Assembly (NCBI GenBank): GCA_048882505.1
Contig: JBHLRO010000012.1
Coordinates: 30,001 to 62,000, forward strand
Length of the DNA stretch: 32,000 bases
Direction: 5' to 3'
Source of the DNA: Candidatus Thorarchaeota archaeon
GTDB taxonomy: Archaea > Asgardarchaeota > Heimdallarchaeia > Hodarchaeales > Hodarchaeaceae
The notes under the pieces are model-generated. The model did not search any database, had not been told where the DNA came from, and was given only the letters and a program-made list of their open reading frames with translations. The translations under genes and the position numbers were made by a program. Within the stretch, counting starts at the first letter, position 1; each line of letters begins with the position of its first letter. This document shows positions 19,144 through 28,364 of the stretch, in pieces.

Positions 19144-22100
19144 GTGAAAAAAATGTCAGAAGTCAAAAAAACGTATTCTATGTCCAAAGATGAAATCAAA
19201 TTATTCTCGACTCTTCAAAAATATGGTTCGCAATCAAGGCAAGAATTAATGCTAGGTTCAGAACTCCAAGCTGAGAAAGCGGAAAATGCGCTAAATCGTC
19301 TCCTTGAGATTGGTTTTGTTCAGCAAGATGAGGAAATGCAGCTTATATCGCCCGCAATTCCATTTAATAAAATAACGGAATTATTAGATTCAAGTTTGAA
19401 CAAGATAATGTCTGTTGGTAGGGACCAAACAGAAACAATCCAGCTTTATCGGAAAAAGGTAGAGGGAAATATTCAGGAATATCGAAGTAACCTGGAATCC
19501 AAACTAGATACGTACCAAAATATTTCAGGATCATTGGTATCTGAACTTCAGGATAGTCTAGGTGAGTGGGAAAACCAACAAATTGATCAGACAAACCTGC
19601 TATTTGAAGAGGTCGAATCCACACTTCAGGACAAGTTATCACTTAATAAATCGATGGTTCAGCAAGAAGTAGCTCAAAAAGTTGCTTCATTAGAAAAAAA
19701 TTGGACGAGTGCATTAGATGAGCTCCAACGAGTCCAATCTACGGGAGTAAGGATCTTCAATGAAGCAATGGGCCATTATGATCAAGACTTATCAGAAGCA
19801 ATTCAACTTGCAAGTGAAAAAATTTCAGATCTCCATGCTCAACTTTCGGAAATCACTGATACCCTAGAATCAGTCTTTTCATCTCAGGTCCAAGAGTTTT
19901 TTTCTTCAGCTGACGTAATGGCAAAAGATTTCAAGAATAACATAAATTCAGGGCTACAAGAGTCATGGAAAAGGGAAGAGGATTTTATAGGTGGTATCCG
20001 ACAACAAGTTCAGGTTTCTCTGGTTAAGGATGTGACCAATGAACTTCAGAAAGTGGTGAATACTCTTGGCAAAGACCTGGATGCCGATATTGACAGGATA
20101 TTGAAAAATATCCATGATAAGACTGAGGAAATAATTAAGGATCAGAATAAACACCTAGAAGCCCAATTTCAATCTTTTAAAGAGACCGCGAAGGAATTGT
20201 TACAGGAACAGAAGGCTCCATTAAGTGTTTTAAAAAAGGAAGTTACAGAAATCTCTAGTGGTCAGAAAATTGATAGATCCATGACAACTTTCCTTCAGCA
20301 GCTCGCTGCACAGCTTACTGCAGAATCAACCTCCCTTGAGGGTAATTACCGCCAAATCCAAAAATCTGCAATGGAAACGTTGGAGGAAATTAGGCAAAAA
20401 ACCAAGAAAAACCTCCTTGACCAGAATTCCGAGTTCGAAAACCTTATTGGCATTATTACTGAAGAATTCGAGAAAACCGTCACAAATAAAGAACGAGATG
20501 TCGTTACATCACAACAAATCGCGCAATCTTTGAATCAATTTCTAGAAAACCTATTAGTCTCCATTCCAATGCGGGCTACGCATTTAAAGTCATCAGCTAG
20601 GGAGGCCCTTGAAGATATCCCTACAGAACTTAGGGAAAGTCTCCAACGGTCAACTGTTGAAACAGTTAATAGCCTTCATTTGTCTCTTACTGAAACGCAA
20701 CAGAGGGTTGAAAACACCTTTAAGGAGAATCAAGAAGAAAGCCGACGGGAATTTGATAAACTCCTCGCATCATCTGAGCAGCTTTCAACAACAGTATCAA
20801 ATCTTAGAAACTCCTATGGTGAAACCATTGAAAATAGATTTGCACAGCGAGCTAAAGTAATGAATACCGAATTGGAGGCGATTTCAAGAAACTTCCAGCA
20901 AGTCCTACACGGATTTGAGGCGGGAATCGGAGATATGAAAGGGAGGTTATCTGCAGAAGGGGAGCTTGTGGGTCTTGAAACTTCCCTTCAAACCGCCATA
21001 AACCAGATAAAGACTGAGATTAATCAATCATATTCCCAAACAGTGTCAGATTCCAGAGAATATCTTGACCAGGTTAATTCAAGCCTTCAATCATCTCTCG
21101 AAGAAACCTTAAGTGTCATTAAAGACGGTATATCGAATCTCCAATCGGATTTCAAGAAAAACAGTGAATTATTCCTTAACCACCTTAGAGAAAATAACGA
21201 AACACAACAAGGAAACCTGATCAAGGAGTTAGATGCAACAGGATCGAACATATCTGGCCAGATCACAGAATTCAAAGAAAGTTATCAAAAAATCATTGAA
21301 GAAAACCAAAAAAGCGTTGAGGATTACCTTGTGGAAGGTCGTAGGGGCACTGAGGAAGTTATTTCGTTACACAAGGCCAATATTGTCAAGTACCAAGAAA
21401 AAGGCCCAGCAGATATTCTATCATTTATTAATCAAATAGAAACGGAAGTTGTGACCCAAAACAAAAATCTTTCCGATGCTTTGGAAGACCTCATAAGCGC
21501 CTACTCTGGCATTTCTGAAACAACATACGGGGAAATATCTGGAACTTTTACTCAATTTCAAGAAAGCGGAGACAAGCTTTCATCTGCGACAGATGACTCT
21601 GTCCAACTAATTTCCAGTGCTATCGGTAAGGCAAACGATTCTATTGATCAATACTTCTCTGATACGATAACGGAGCTAGAAAATCAGATAAGCGTCGCAA
21701 CGGGACTTATCACTTCTGAAATATCAAGTTCGGCAGGGACGATTCGCAATGAAATCGATAAATCTCAACAGGACTATGAAATAATCATTAAACGGTTGAA
21801 TTCAGAGTTAAGTGCTAGCCTGTCTCGTCAAGAAACTGAATTTATGACAAAAATTCCAGAATTGGAAAATGACCTTTCCTTGATCTTTAACAAAGCTCTA
21901 GAAGAACGAGAATTATCCAATTCCAATTTGGAGAAAGAAATAGCCGAGGATTTGGAAGAATTAAAACAAAATTGGCTCAAACAAACTGGAAATGCCGAAA
22001 CCAAGATCCAAGACTTGATTTCAGGCGTGACAGAGGCCGTTGATGCTAACACAGAAAATCTCGAGAAACATATCCAATCCAATATAGAGCAGATAGCTAA

Positions 22101-23313
22101 ACAGATCGCAACGCTTTACAGCTTTTCCCCTAAGGAGGACGTATTTGAACTCGCCTCGATAAACGATCAGGTGAAGGCGGCCAACAAGCGCTTAAAAACT
22201 GGTATCACAGAGGGATTAAAGCCTCATATCGAAACTTTCGACCAGAAATTCCCCGCGATATTATCAGAACACGATGCCATTCGTAATCAGATAGAAGAGG
22301 ATCTTGATACCTTTGTGGAGGATTTCACAGACACCTTATCTAGTGTACAGTCGTCAGTTAGCAATCAAATTCATACCTTTATGAAAGACGAACGAGATAG
22401 AATAGATTTCGCAGATGAAAAAGAGGAGCTCAATACAATCAGTAGGAATTTTGTTGAAGCCAGTAAAGGTCAAAGCGAAGCTTTCTCGGAAGACTTGAAC
22501 GGATCGATAGATCTCTCCACTGCGTCAGTGTCCAAGTCGAAATCAGATACCTTGGACTCCATGTCTGATATCTCCGAAATCATAAACAGTAACAATAGCA
22601 GCCTCCGGGAGGAAGTGAAACTCATTAGAGATAGTGCGTCAGGAAAACTGAAGGATTTTGGCCAGGAAAAGACTGCCGAAATGAGAAAAAAGCTTGATTC
22701 GTTCAAGAGCGGTTTTGAGAAGTCTGTAAGATCTATGATTGATGGATCTCATCAAGTAGTTCGTGAAGAAATCGAAAATATGGATTCCCGACTAATTGAA
22801 CTGACAAGTAAATCCGAACAGATATTCAAAGAGATCACTGATGAGACCATTGAATTTAAAGACGTACTTCGGACAATTTCTCTGGAGACCGCAAGAGCAA
22901 AGCCGCTTGGTTCAATCCGTTTTGTTCATATTCCCAATGAAGCCGCTAATCTGGACTATTTATCACATCTGATTGAATCTACCGCCAAGCAGTTGACAAT
23001 CTTTGTTTCGGATCCTCCACGATTCCTTTCCCTTCCGGTTTTAAAGAAAGTTCCACCAGAGAAAAGGATATGGATCTATACAAACTATGATTTCTCAAAG
23101 AAGGGGAAAAAATGGTTAAATGAACTTGGAAAACAGGTAAATGTAAATCTACGCAAAGCCAAGACAAATAGGAAGATCACAGGATTGATAGGCGTCGTTG
23201 ATTCAAACTTCGTTCTTATCCTTCCCGATACCGTTGGAATCGTATCATCGGATTCTAATTTGGTTGAAAACGTTGAAAACTTGTTAACACTGCTTAAGGG
23301 GGCCCCAATATAG
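19144..23313 (+). CDS. 1389-aa protein: N-terminal TrmB-like winged HTH, ~1190-aa helical coiled coil, C-terminal TrmB effector-binding-like alpha/beta domain
   Basis: The N-terminus (EIKLFSTLQKYGSQSRQEL...ALNRLLEIGFV...PAIPF) fits a TrmB wHTH. The middle is rich in E/Q/S/K/L, nearly devoid of Cys and poor in Pro. The C-terminus (HLIESTAKQLTIF...RIWIYTN...IGVVDSNFVLI) fits the PLD-like fold without an HKD motif. Alternative ATG at 19153. Confidence 0.7.
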   Translation: MKKMSEVKKTYSMSKDEIKLFSTLQKYGSQSRQELMLGSELQAEKAENALNRLLEIGFVQQDEEMQLISPAIPFNKITELLDSSLNKIMSVGRDQTETIQLYRKKVEGNIQEYRSNLESKLDTYQNISGSLVSELQDSLGEWENQQIDQTNLLFEEVESTLQDKLSLNKSMVQQEVAQKVASLEKNWTSALDELQRVQSTGVRIFNEAMGHYDQDLSEAIQLASEKISDLHAQLSEITDTLESVFSSQVQEFFSSADVMAKDFKNNINSGLQESWKREEDFIGGIRQQVQVSLVKDVTNELQKVVNTLGKDLDADIDRILKNIHDKTEEIIKDQNKHLEAQFQSFKETAKELLQEQKAPLSVLKKEVTEISSGQKIDRSMTTFLQQLAAQLTAESTSLEGNYRQIQKSAMETLEEIRQKTKKNLLDQNSEFENLIGIITEEFEKTVTNKERDVVTSQQIAQSLNQFLENLLVSIPMRATHLKSSAREALEDIPTELRESLQRSTVETVNSLHLSLTETQQRVENTFKENQEESRREFDKLLASSEQLSTTVSNLRNSYGETIENRFAQRAKVMNTELEAISRNFQQVLHGFEAGIGDMKGRLSAEGELVGLETSLQTAINQIKTEINQSYSQTVSDSREYLDQVNSSLQSSLEETLSVIKDGISNLQSDFKKNSELFLNHLRENNETQQGNLIKELDATGSNISGQITEFKESYQKIIEENQKSVEDYLVEGRRGTEEVISLHKANIVKYQEKGPADILSFINQIETEVVTQNKNLSDALEDLISAYSGISETTYGEISGTFTQFQESGDKLSSATDDSVQLISSAIGKANDSIDQYFSDTITELENQISVATGLITSEISSSAGTIRNEIDKSQQDYEIIIKRLNSELSASLSRQETEFMTKIPELENDLSLIFNKALEERELSNSNLEKEIAEDLEELKQNWLKQTGNAETKIQDLISGVTEAVDANTENLEKHIQSNIEQIAKQIATLYSFSPKEDVFELASINDQVKAANKRLKTGITEGLKPHIETFDQKFPAILSEHDAIRNQIEEDLDTFVEDFTDTLSSVQSSVSNQIHTFMKDERDRIDFADEKEELNTISRNFVEASKGQSEAFSEDLNGSIDLSTASVSKSKSDTLDSMSDISEIINSNNSSLREEVKLIRDSASGKLKDFGQEKTAEMRKKLDSFKSGFEKSVRSMIDGSHQVVREEIENMDSRLIELTSKSEQIFKEITDETIEFKDVLRTISLETARAKPLGSIRFVHIPNEAANLDYLSHLIESTAKQLTIFVSDPPRFLSLPVLKKVPPEKRIWIYTNYDFSKKGKKWLNELGKQVNVNLRKAKTNRKITGLIGVVDSNFVLILPDTVGIVSSDSNLVENVENLLTLLKGAPI

Positions 23314-23331
23314 ATTTGGGATGGATACCTC

Positions 23332-25152
23332 TTAAATCGAAATCAATCCTAGTAACCCTGTTTGTTCCAATGTTTTCACTTTAACCAATCCATTCCCATT
23401 GATCCCTTTTAGGTGATAATATTCATTCAAGAGTTTGTTCATCGTCCGTTTGAAATCAGGACGTTTGGGTAGAAAATTATCAAATTCGTCTTCCTTCCTA
23501 CTCATTCCCATACGAGTATTGTAGATTCGTTCAACTAGTGTGATCCGTTGGCCAACTTGTAATATCTGCTTCCAACGCCAGGGTACCTCTAAAACATGAT
23601 TTAGAATTAATTCGAGCTTGCCGACAGATAATCCTATTCGGCTTACCATTGGTTTTGACAGGTATTGGAACATGAAATTAAGAATCCTTTTCGGAAATAT
23701 CTTCCAGAAGGATCTAATGCTAAGAAAAAAAGGGAGATAACGGCTGCAGACAATCATGGAGTCGAGAAAAGCCATAAGATTTTCAAGAAGTATAACGGTT
23801 CGTACTTTACCATGTGAGCTAAGGGGATCGAGTTTGAAAGGATAACCTAGGAATTCTGGCCAAATCATATAGTCGGAGTGAAAATGTGCACTCCCAAAAG
23901 GAGATATTGCTGTAGCTAACGCTAATCCAAGGATTTTCGGATAATAGAACATCGATCCTATCTGAGATTTGATGAATGGCGCGGGCTCATTTGTTAATTG
24001 GTATAAGTAACTCTCTCCTCTGGCCAACTGTTCCCCTAACTTACGTTTAAAGATGATGTCATCTATTCGGTTATACACATTTACATTTCCCCACTGGTAT
24101 TCAGGATGTAATTCCAATAATTTTCGTCGGTCTTCTTGGATATTTGATAGGGCTGCTAGAGCGGCACCCGTGGAAAGAGGGTCGAGGGCTTCATTTTCAC
24201 AGCTAGAAATGCTTTTTTGGATCAGAGGAAGATCGAGAATCTTGAGATTGGGACCGAGAGACACAAACGCCTGATAAGAGTTGCGATTACAGCGAACTGG
24301 ACATTGCCAGCATTGAAATTCTTTGTTAAATCCATTAAAGGACGAAATCTTCATTAAATCTAAATTCAGGACTCTGGAAAGATTTTTCGCAGGTAAAGCA
24401 CCATTTTCGATTGTCTCAAAAATTAAACCGAACGTTCCGTGAGTTTGAAGCAATTTATACCATTCATGGGACTTTAACTCTCCAATCAACTCGTTCAGAA
24501 TATCTGTTGAAACCTTTTTATTCTCTCGTATCTGTTGGGCTTCAGTGATCACGATAGCTTTCAGATTTTTAGATGCCAAAACAGCGCCGAGACCTCCCCG
24601 CCTAAAAAAATTCACTCGGTCTACTGCTGCTCCTGCAAAAACGACCTGATTAACTGCCGCTTGCCCTATGGTCAAGATGCAGGCAGTATTACCATATCTG
24701 TTTCGCAACCAATCATCTGACTCCATAACGTCTTTTTTCCAGATTGGTTGAGCATCCCGGAAACTAATATCCGCAAATTCATCGATTTCAAGGTAAACTG
24801 GGGTTTTGGCTACTCCATCGATCTGGAGGAAGTTTAATTGTCGATTTTCCAGGGCACCACCTAGTTTACCGGTGCAGACCGAAGTGAACAGGGTGTTAGT
24901 ATGGGGAGATTTGAATGTTGCCGTAACATTGCCTCCAGACGGAAAAAGACTGCCAGTTAATGGTCCGGTTCCTATGATTACCGTATTTTCGATACCACGA
25001 GCGCTTGCATTTGTAGGAATGGCATGATATGCGAGAAATACTCCGATTCCCCGACCTCCAAGGAAGTTCTCGACGATTTTTTTATCAATTGGTACTCGGG
25101 GTGGTATCTTCTCTTCAGTGAGGTTGATTGATTGTAATAGCGGCCTCCACAA
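23332..25152 (-). CDS. Aldehyde:ferredoxin oxidoreductase (AFOR) family protein, divergent
   Basis: LGGRGIG, GPLTGS, KSPHT, RGGLGAVLASKNLKAI, CWQCPVRC and DSMIVC motifs. The TTG start is supported by AGGTG 9 nt upstream (25162-25166) and an in-frame TAG immediately before it. Confidence 0.88.
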   Translation of the reverse strand: MWRPLLQSINLTEEKIPPRVPIDKKIVENFLGGRGIGVFLAYHAIPTNASARGIENTVIIGTGPLTGSLFPSGGNVTATFKSPHTNTLFTSVCTGKLGGALENRQLNFLQIDGVAKTPVYLEIDEFADISFRDAQPIWKKDVMESDDWLRNRYGNTACILTIGQAAVNQVVFAGAAVDRVNFFRRGGLGAVLASKNLKAIVITEAQQIRENKKVSTDILNELIGELKSHEWYKLLQTHGTFGLIFETIENGALPAKNLSRVLNLDLMKISSFNGFNKEFQCWQCPVRCNRNSYQAFVSLGPNLKILDLPLIQKSISSCENEALDPLSTGAALAALSNIQEDRRKLLELHPEYQWGNVNVYNRIDDIIFKRKLGEQLARGESYLYQLTNEPAPFIKSQIGSMFYYPKILGLALATAISPFGSAHFHSDYMIWPEFLGYPFKLDPLSSHGKVRTVILLENLMAFLDSMIVCSRYLPFFLSIRSFWKIFPKRILNFMFQYLSKPMVSRIGLSVGKLELILNHVLEVPWRWKQILQVGQRITLVERIYNTRMGMSRKEDEFDNFLPKRPDFKRTMNKLLNEYYHLKGINGNGLVKVKTLEQTGLLGLISI

Positions 25153-25173
25153 CTATTATGACACCTAAAGATG

Positions 25174-25320
25174 TCAATGCCAACGCCACAGATCCTCTGG
25201 ATCTTCGATTTTAGGTTCCTTGCCAAATTTTCGCTCTAAAGGGCTTAAATCCTTCGTTATATTTTCCCTATCTCTCTCTATGTACTCCTTTTCATCCTTA
25301 TTTGGTTTTTCTCTCGACAT
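25174..25320 (-). CDS. Small hypothetical protein (48 aa), below the ORF-track cutoff
   Basis: Translates to MSREKPNKDEKEYIERDRENITKDLSPLERKFGKEPKIEDPEDLWRWH. AGGTGA lies 11 nt upstream (25332-25337), and the ORF ends 21 nt before the AFOR start. Confidence 0.6.
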   Translation of the reverse strand: MSREKPNKDEKEYIERDRENITKDLSPLERKFGKEPKIEDPEDLWRWH

Positions 25321-25433
25321 AAGTAAATGGTTCACCTTTCTATATGTTCGCAGTCCTCAGCTTAAAAATTATGACGCCTTCTCCCCATTAATAAATTCTT
25401 CGGGGCTTCTTTACTTCGTGCTTTTTCTAGGAT

Positions 25434-26948
25434 ATGACCAAAACCACGGCGTCAAAAATCACTACGGATCGGGAAATAAGAAGGCGATGTTTTTATTTCG
25501 GTTTTTTTTGTGATTTAAATGCTGTGCCCAGATCTAAAACCCAGAAAAATCCCGTAAAACTAGTGAGATCCGGTCTATTTCACCTAAAGCGCAAGAATTG
25601 GAAGAAAGCCCAGAGGAAATTTGAAGAAGCTTTGGAAGATGAAGATTTCCAACAAAACCCAGGTGTTTGGTCTAATTACGCAATCAGTTTGGCGAATTTA
25701 AACAAACTATCCGAGGCCCAGGAGGCCTTCATGCGTGCACTCGATCTAGATAAAAAAAATCCCAGCATATGGATCAAAAAAGGATTGGTGGAATACCAAC
25801 TAGAGCGGTTCAAAGATGCAGCATTCAGCTTTGAAAAGGCCAGAAACTTAGATAAAAAGGATTTTGAGATCCTTATTTTTTTGGCCCGCGCTCTTTACAA
25901 GCAAAAAGCCGTTAAAAAATCAATCAGAACCCTCGAAGGTGCAATTAATCGTTTTCCACAATCGCATCAAATTCGGATCGAACTAGCTAAAATCTATTCA
26001 CAGGAGGATGAAATGAAAAAAGCTGAGGAAGTTCTAGAGGCCGCCATCGGTAACACGCCTCATCCTGAGCCTGGTTTAATCCTAGGGCAGCATCTTCTTG
26101 ACCAAAAAGATTACGATCAAGCCATAAGGATCTATGAGCGAGTTTTAAGCCAATTTCCTAACTCCGTTCATGCACAATACGGACTAGGTATAGCGAAACA
26201 CGCCTTAGGTGACTGGCCATCTGCAATTGCCGAATATAATAAAGCACGTGGTATGTTCAGTCCCAAAAAACCCCCCCAAGGTTTCTGGATCAACACAGCT
26301 CGGGTCTTAAAACAACTAAAACGGTATAATGAGGCAATAGATGCTTTGTACCGGGCAAAACGAACTGCCAAACCTCCTCTCGAAGTTTTTATTCTTCTCG
26401 CGGAACTCTACCTTGAGAAAGACATGCCAGAAAAGGCTAAGGAGACCTTGGAAGAGGCCTCAAGAGTTGATAAAACAAATCCAGTGATTCCTTATTATAT
26501 GGGACTGATAGAGCTTCGCTACGGGGGAGTAGATACTGCTAAAAAGCATTTTAAATGGAGCTTGGAACTCAATCCAGATTTCATTGATAGCAAATTTCAA
26601 CTAGCATTTCTTATATCGCGAGAAAACGCTCGAGAGTCATATACTTTAGCTTTGGAAATCTTAGATCAAGATTCGAGCTATTATCCAGCAAGACAATTAG
26701 CTGCTCGGTTGGCATTCAGTTCTCAAGATTATAGAAAAACAATCGATCTCCTTGAAATGGCGATCGTTGAGGATCCAACAAAACGTGCACAGGATATTGA
26801 AATCCTACTTAAAGCCTGGCTAGGAAATAATGAATCTGAAAAAGCTGTTGCTTTTTTTAAACACCTTTTTGAGACAGATCTTCCTGTTCGAGATCTTCTT
26901 GTCTCAAATCCATTCGTCGCAGAATTTCTCAAAAACAATAGTCTTTAA
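25434..26948 (+). CDS. Tetratricopeptide repeat protein
   Basis: Repeated TPR patterns throughout (A..F..AL..D, W...G, A...Y..AL...P); no TM segment. The true start may be GTG at 25524. Confidence 0.85.
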   Translation: MTKTTASKITTDREIRRRCFYFGFFCDLNAVPRSKTQKNPVKLVRSGLFHLKRKNWKKAQRKFEEALEDEDFQQNPGVWSNYAISLANLNKLSEAQEAFMRALDLDKKNPSIWIKKGLVEYQLERFKDAAFSFEKARNLDKKDFEILIFLARALYKQKAVKKSIRTLEGAINRFPQSHQIRIELAKIYSQEDEMKKAEEVLEAAIGNTPHPEPGLILGQHLLDQKDYDQAIRIYERVLSQFPNSVHAQYGLGIAKHALGDWPSAIAEYNKARGMFSPKKPPQGFWINTARVLKQLKRYNEAIDALYRAKRTAKPPLEVFILLAELYLEKDMPEKAKETLEEASRVDKTNPVIPYYMGLIELRYGGVDTAKKHFKWSLELNPDFIDSKFQLAFLISRENARESYTLALEILDQDSSYYPARQLAARLAFSSQDYRKTIDLLEMAIVEDPTKRAQDIEILLKAWLGNNESEKAVAFFKHLFETDLPVRDLLVSNPFVAEFLKNNSL

Positions 26949-26983
26949 GGAGTAAAGGACTTACAGATATAGAAAAACCGGGA

Positions 26984-28348
26984 ATGTCAATACGGGTGAT
27001 TAAATTGTCACAAAAATACGGAAAAGGCATAGTCATAGTCGGGGTCCAGTATGGAGATGAAGGAAAAGGCAAGATTGTTGATCACTATGCTTCAAAATCA
27101 TATATCGATGTGGTTACTAGATTTAATGGTGGTGCAAATGCTGGACATACAATCGTAACAAATAAGGAAAAGTACGCCCTTAATCTGTTACCCTCAGGTA
27201 TGGTCTATGGAAAGCCCTCTTATATAGGGAATGGATGTGTAGTAGACCTAGAGAGGGTAAAAGAAGAGCTCACTCAATTTCCCACCAAACATCATTTACT
27301 TCATATTAGTGAAAGGGCCCAACTAGTATTACCCCATCACAAGATACTAGATCAATATCAAGAAAAGATGAAACAGAAACGAACGCTTGAAGTGGGAACA
27401 ACCAAACGAGGAATTGGGCCCGCTTATCACGATAAAAGTTCTAGATTTGGGATTCGTTTTGGAGATCTATGGGATGAGGAACTTCTGAAGCAGCAGGTCG
27501 ATCTACTCTCAGAATATTACCAAGGATTCCCATTAGAAGTGGTAAACGCTGTTCAGCCAAGCCATTTAATGGGACTATTCTCAAAGTGGAAAGCTTCTTT
27601 TAAACGGATGTTGTGTGATACCGGGGTTATTCTTTCCAAGAAACTTTCTCAAGGAAAGAATGTACTTTTTGAAGGTGCTCAATCCACTCTACTGGATTTA
27701 GACCACGGGGTCTATCCTTTTAACACTTCATCAAATTGTGTGGTGGCATCTGCATCCACGGGAACGGGAATAGCTCCCCATAACTTGACTGAGAGAATCG
27801 GCGTCGTCAAAGCCTATACCTCGCGAGTGGGTGGAGGTCCCATTATATCGGAAATCAGCGACATTCCCGAAGGGGAAACACTTCAAAAAGAGGGTGGAGA
27901 ATTTGGTACATCTACGGGAAGGCCCCGACGGATCTCCTGGTTAGATTTAGTTGCAGTGAAATATGCTACGCGATTAAATGGTCTAACGGGAATTGCTTTG
28001 ACGAAAATAGACATCCTTGGACATCTAAAGGAGTTTGAGGTTGTAGTCGAATACGAAGGATACGAAATAGATCCAGATTTCCCCTCATATCCTATGCGAA
28101 TTTCCGATATAAAGAGGATTATACCCGTTACAGAAATTTTGCCTAGTTGGGGTATTTTATCCTCTGAAAGCTGGAGAGAGCTTAAGCTGAAAGGTTGGGA
28201 TTCATTTCCTTCAGAGCTGAAATCGTTTATAAAGATGATAGAAGATTACATTGGAATTCCGATTCTATTGGTTGGGACTGGGCCCTCCAGGTCTGAACTC
28301 ATCGAACGGAATGACCTAGAATCATCCATATCCGTTCCATCTCCCTAA
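26984..28348 (+). CDS. purA: Adenylosuccinate synthetase
   Basis: GVQYGDEGKGKIVD, GGANAGHT, GTTKRGIGPAY, FEGAQ, EFGTSTGRPRR and TKID motifs. Confidence 0.97.
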   Translation: MSIRVIKLSQKYGKGIVIVGVQYGDEGKGKIVDHYASKSYIDVVTRFNGGANAGHTIVTNKEKYALNLLPSGMVYGKPSYIGNGCVVDLERVKEELTQFPTKHHLLHISERAQLVLPHHKILDQYQEKMKQKRTLEVGTTKRGIGPAYHDKSSRFGIRFGDLWDEELLKQQVDLLSEYYQGFPLEVVNAVQPSHLMGLFSKWKASFKRMLCDTGVILSKKLSQGKNVLFEGAQSTLLDLDHGVYPFNTSSNCVVASASTGTGIAPHNLTERIGVVKAYTSRVGGGPIISEISDIPEGETLQKEGGEFGTSTGRPRRISWLDLVAVKYATRLNGLTGIALTKIDILGHLKEFEVVVEYEGYEIDPDFPSYPMRISDIKRIIPVTEILPSWGILSSESWRELKLKGWDSFPSELKSFIKMIEDYIGIPILLVGTGPSRSELIERNDLESSISVPSP

Positions 28349-28364
28349 GGAGATCGAAGAATTT

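Noticed and set aside
19144-23313. SMC/Rad50, phage tape measure or SREBP-like S1P substrate interpretations of the giant coiled-coil protein
   Set aside because: No Walker motifs or hinge, no phage genes nearby, and no TM segment for a membrane-tethered transcription factor.
18351-23313. Analogy to the bacterial yggS-sepF-divIVA cell-division cluster (yggS followed by a coiled-coil gene)
   Set aside because: There is no ftsZ, sepF or DivIVA motif here; adjacency alone is insufficient.
25220-25513. 97-aa + strand hydrophobic ORF between AFOR and TPR genes
   Set aside because: It is largely the antisense of the purine-rich 48-aa ORF, which explains the F/S/L bias, and it overlaps the TPR gene start.
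26984-28348. Long (bacterial/eukaryotic-length) PurA rather than the short archaeal form
   Set aside because: Long PurA is common in many archaeal lineages and is not informative without a tree.
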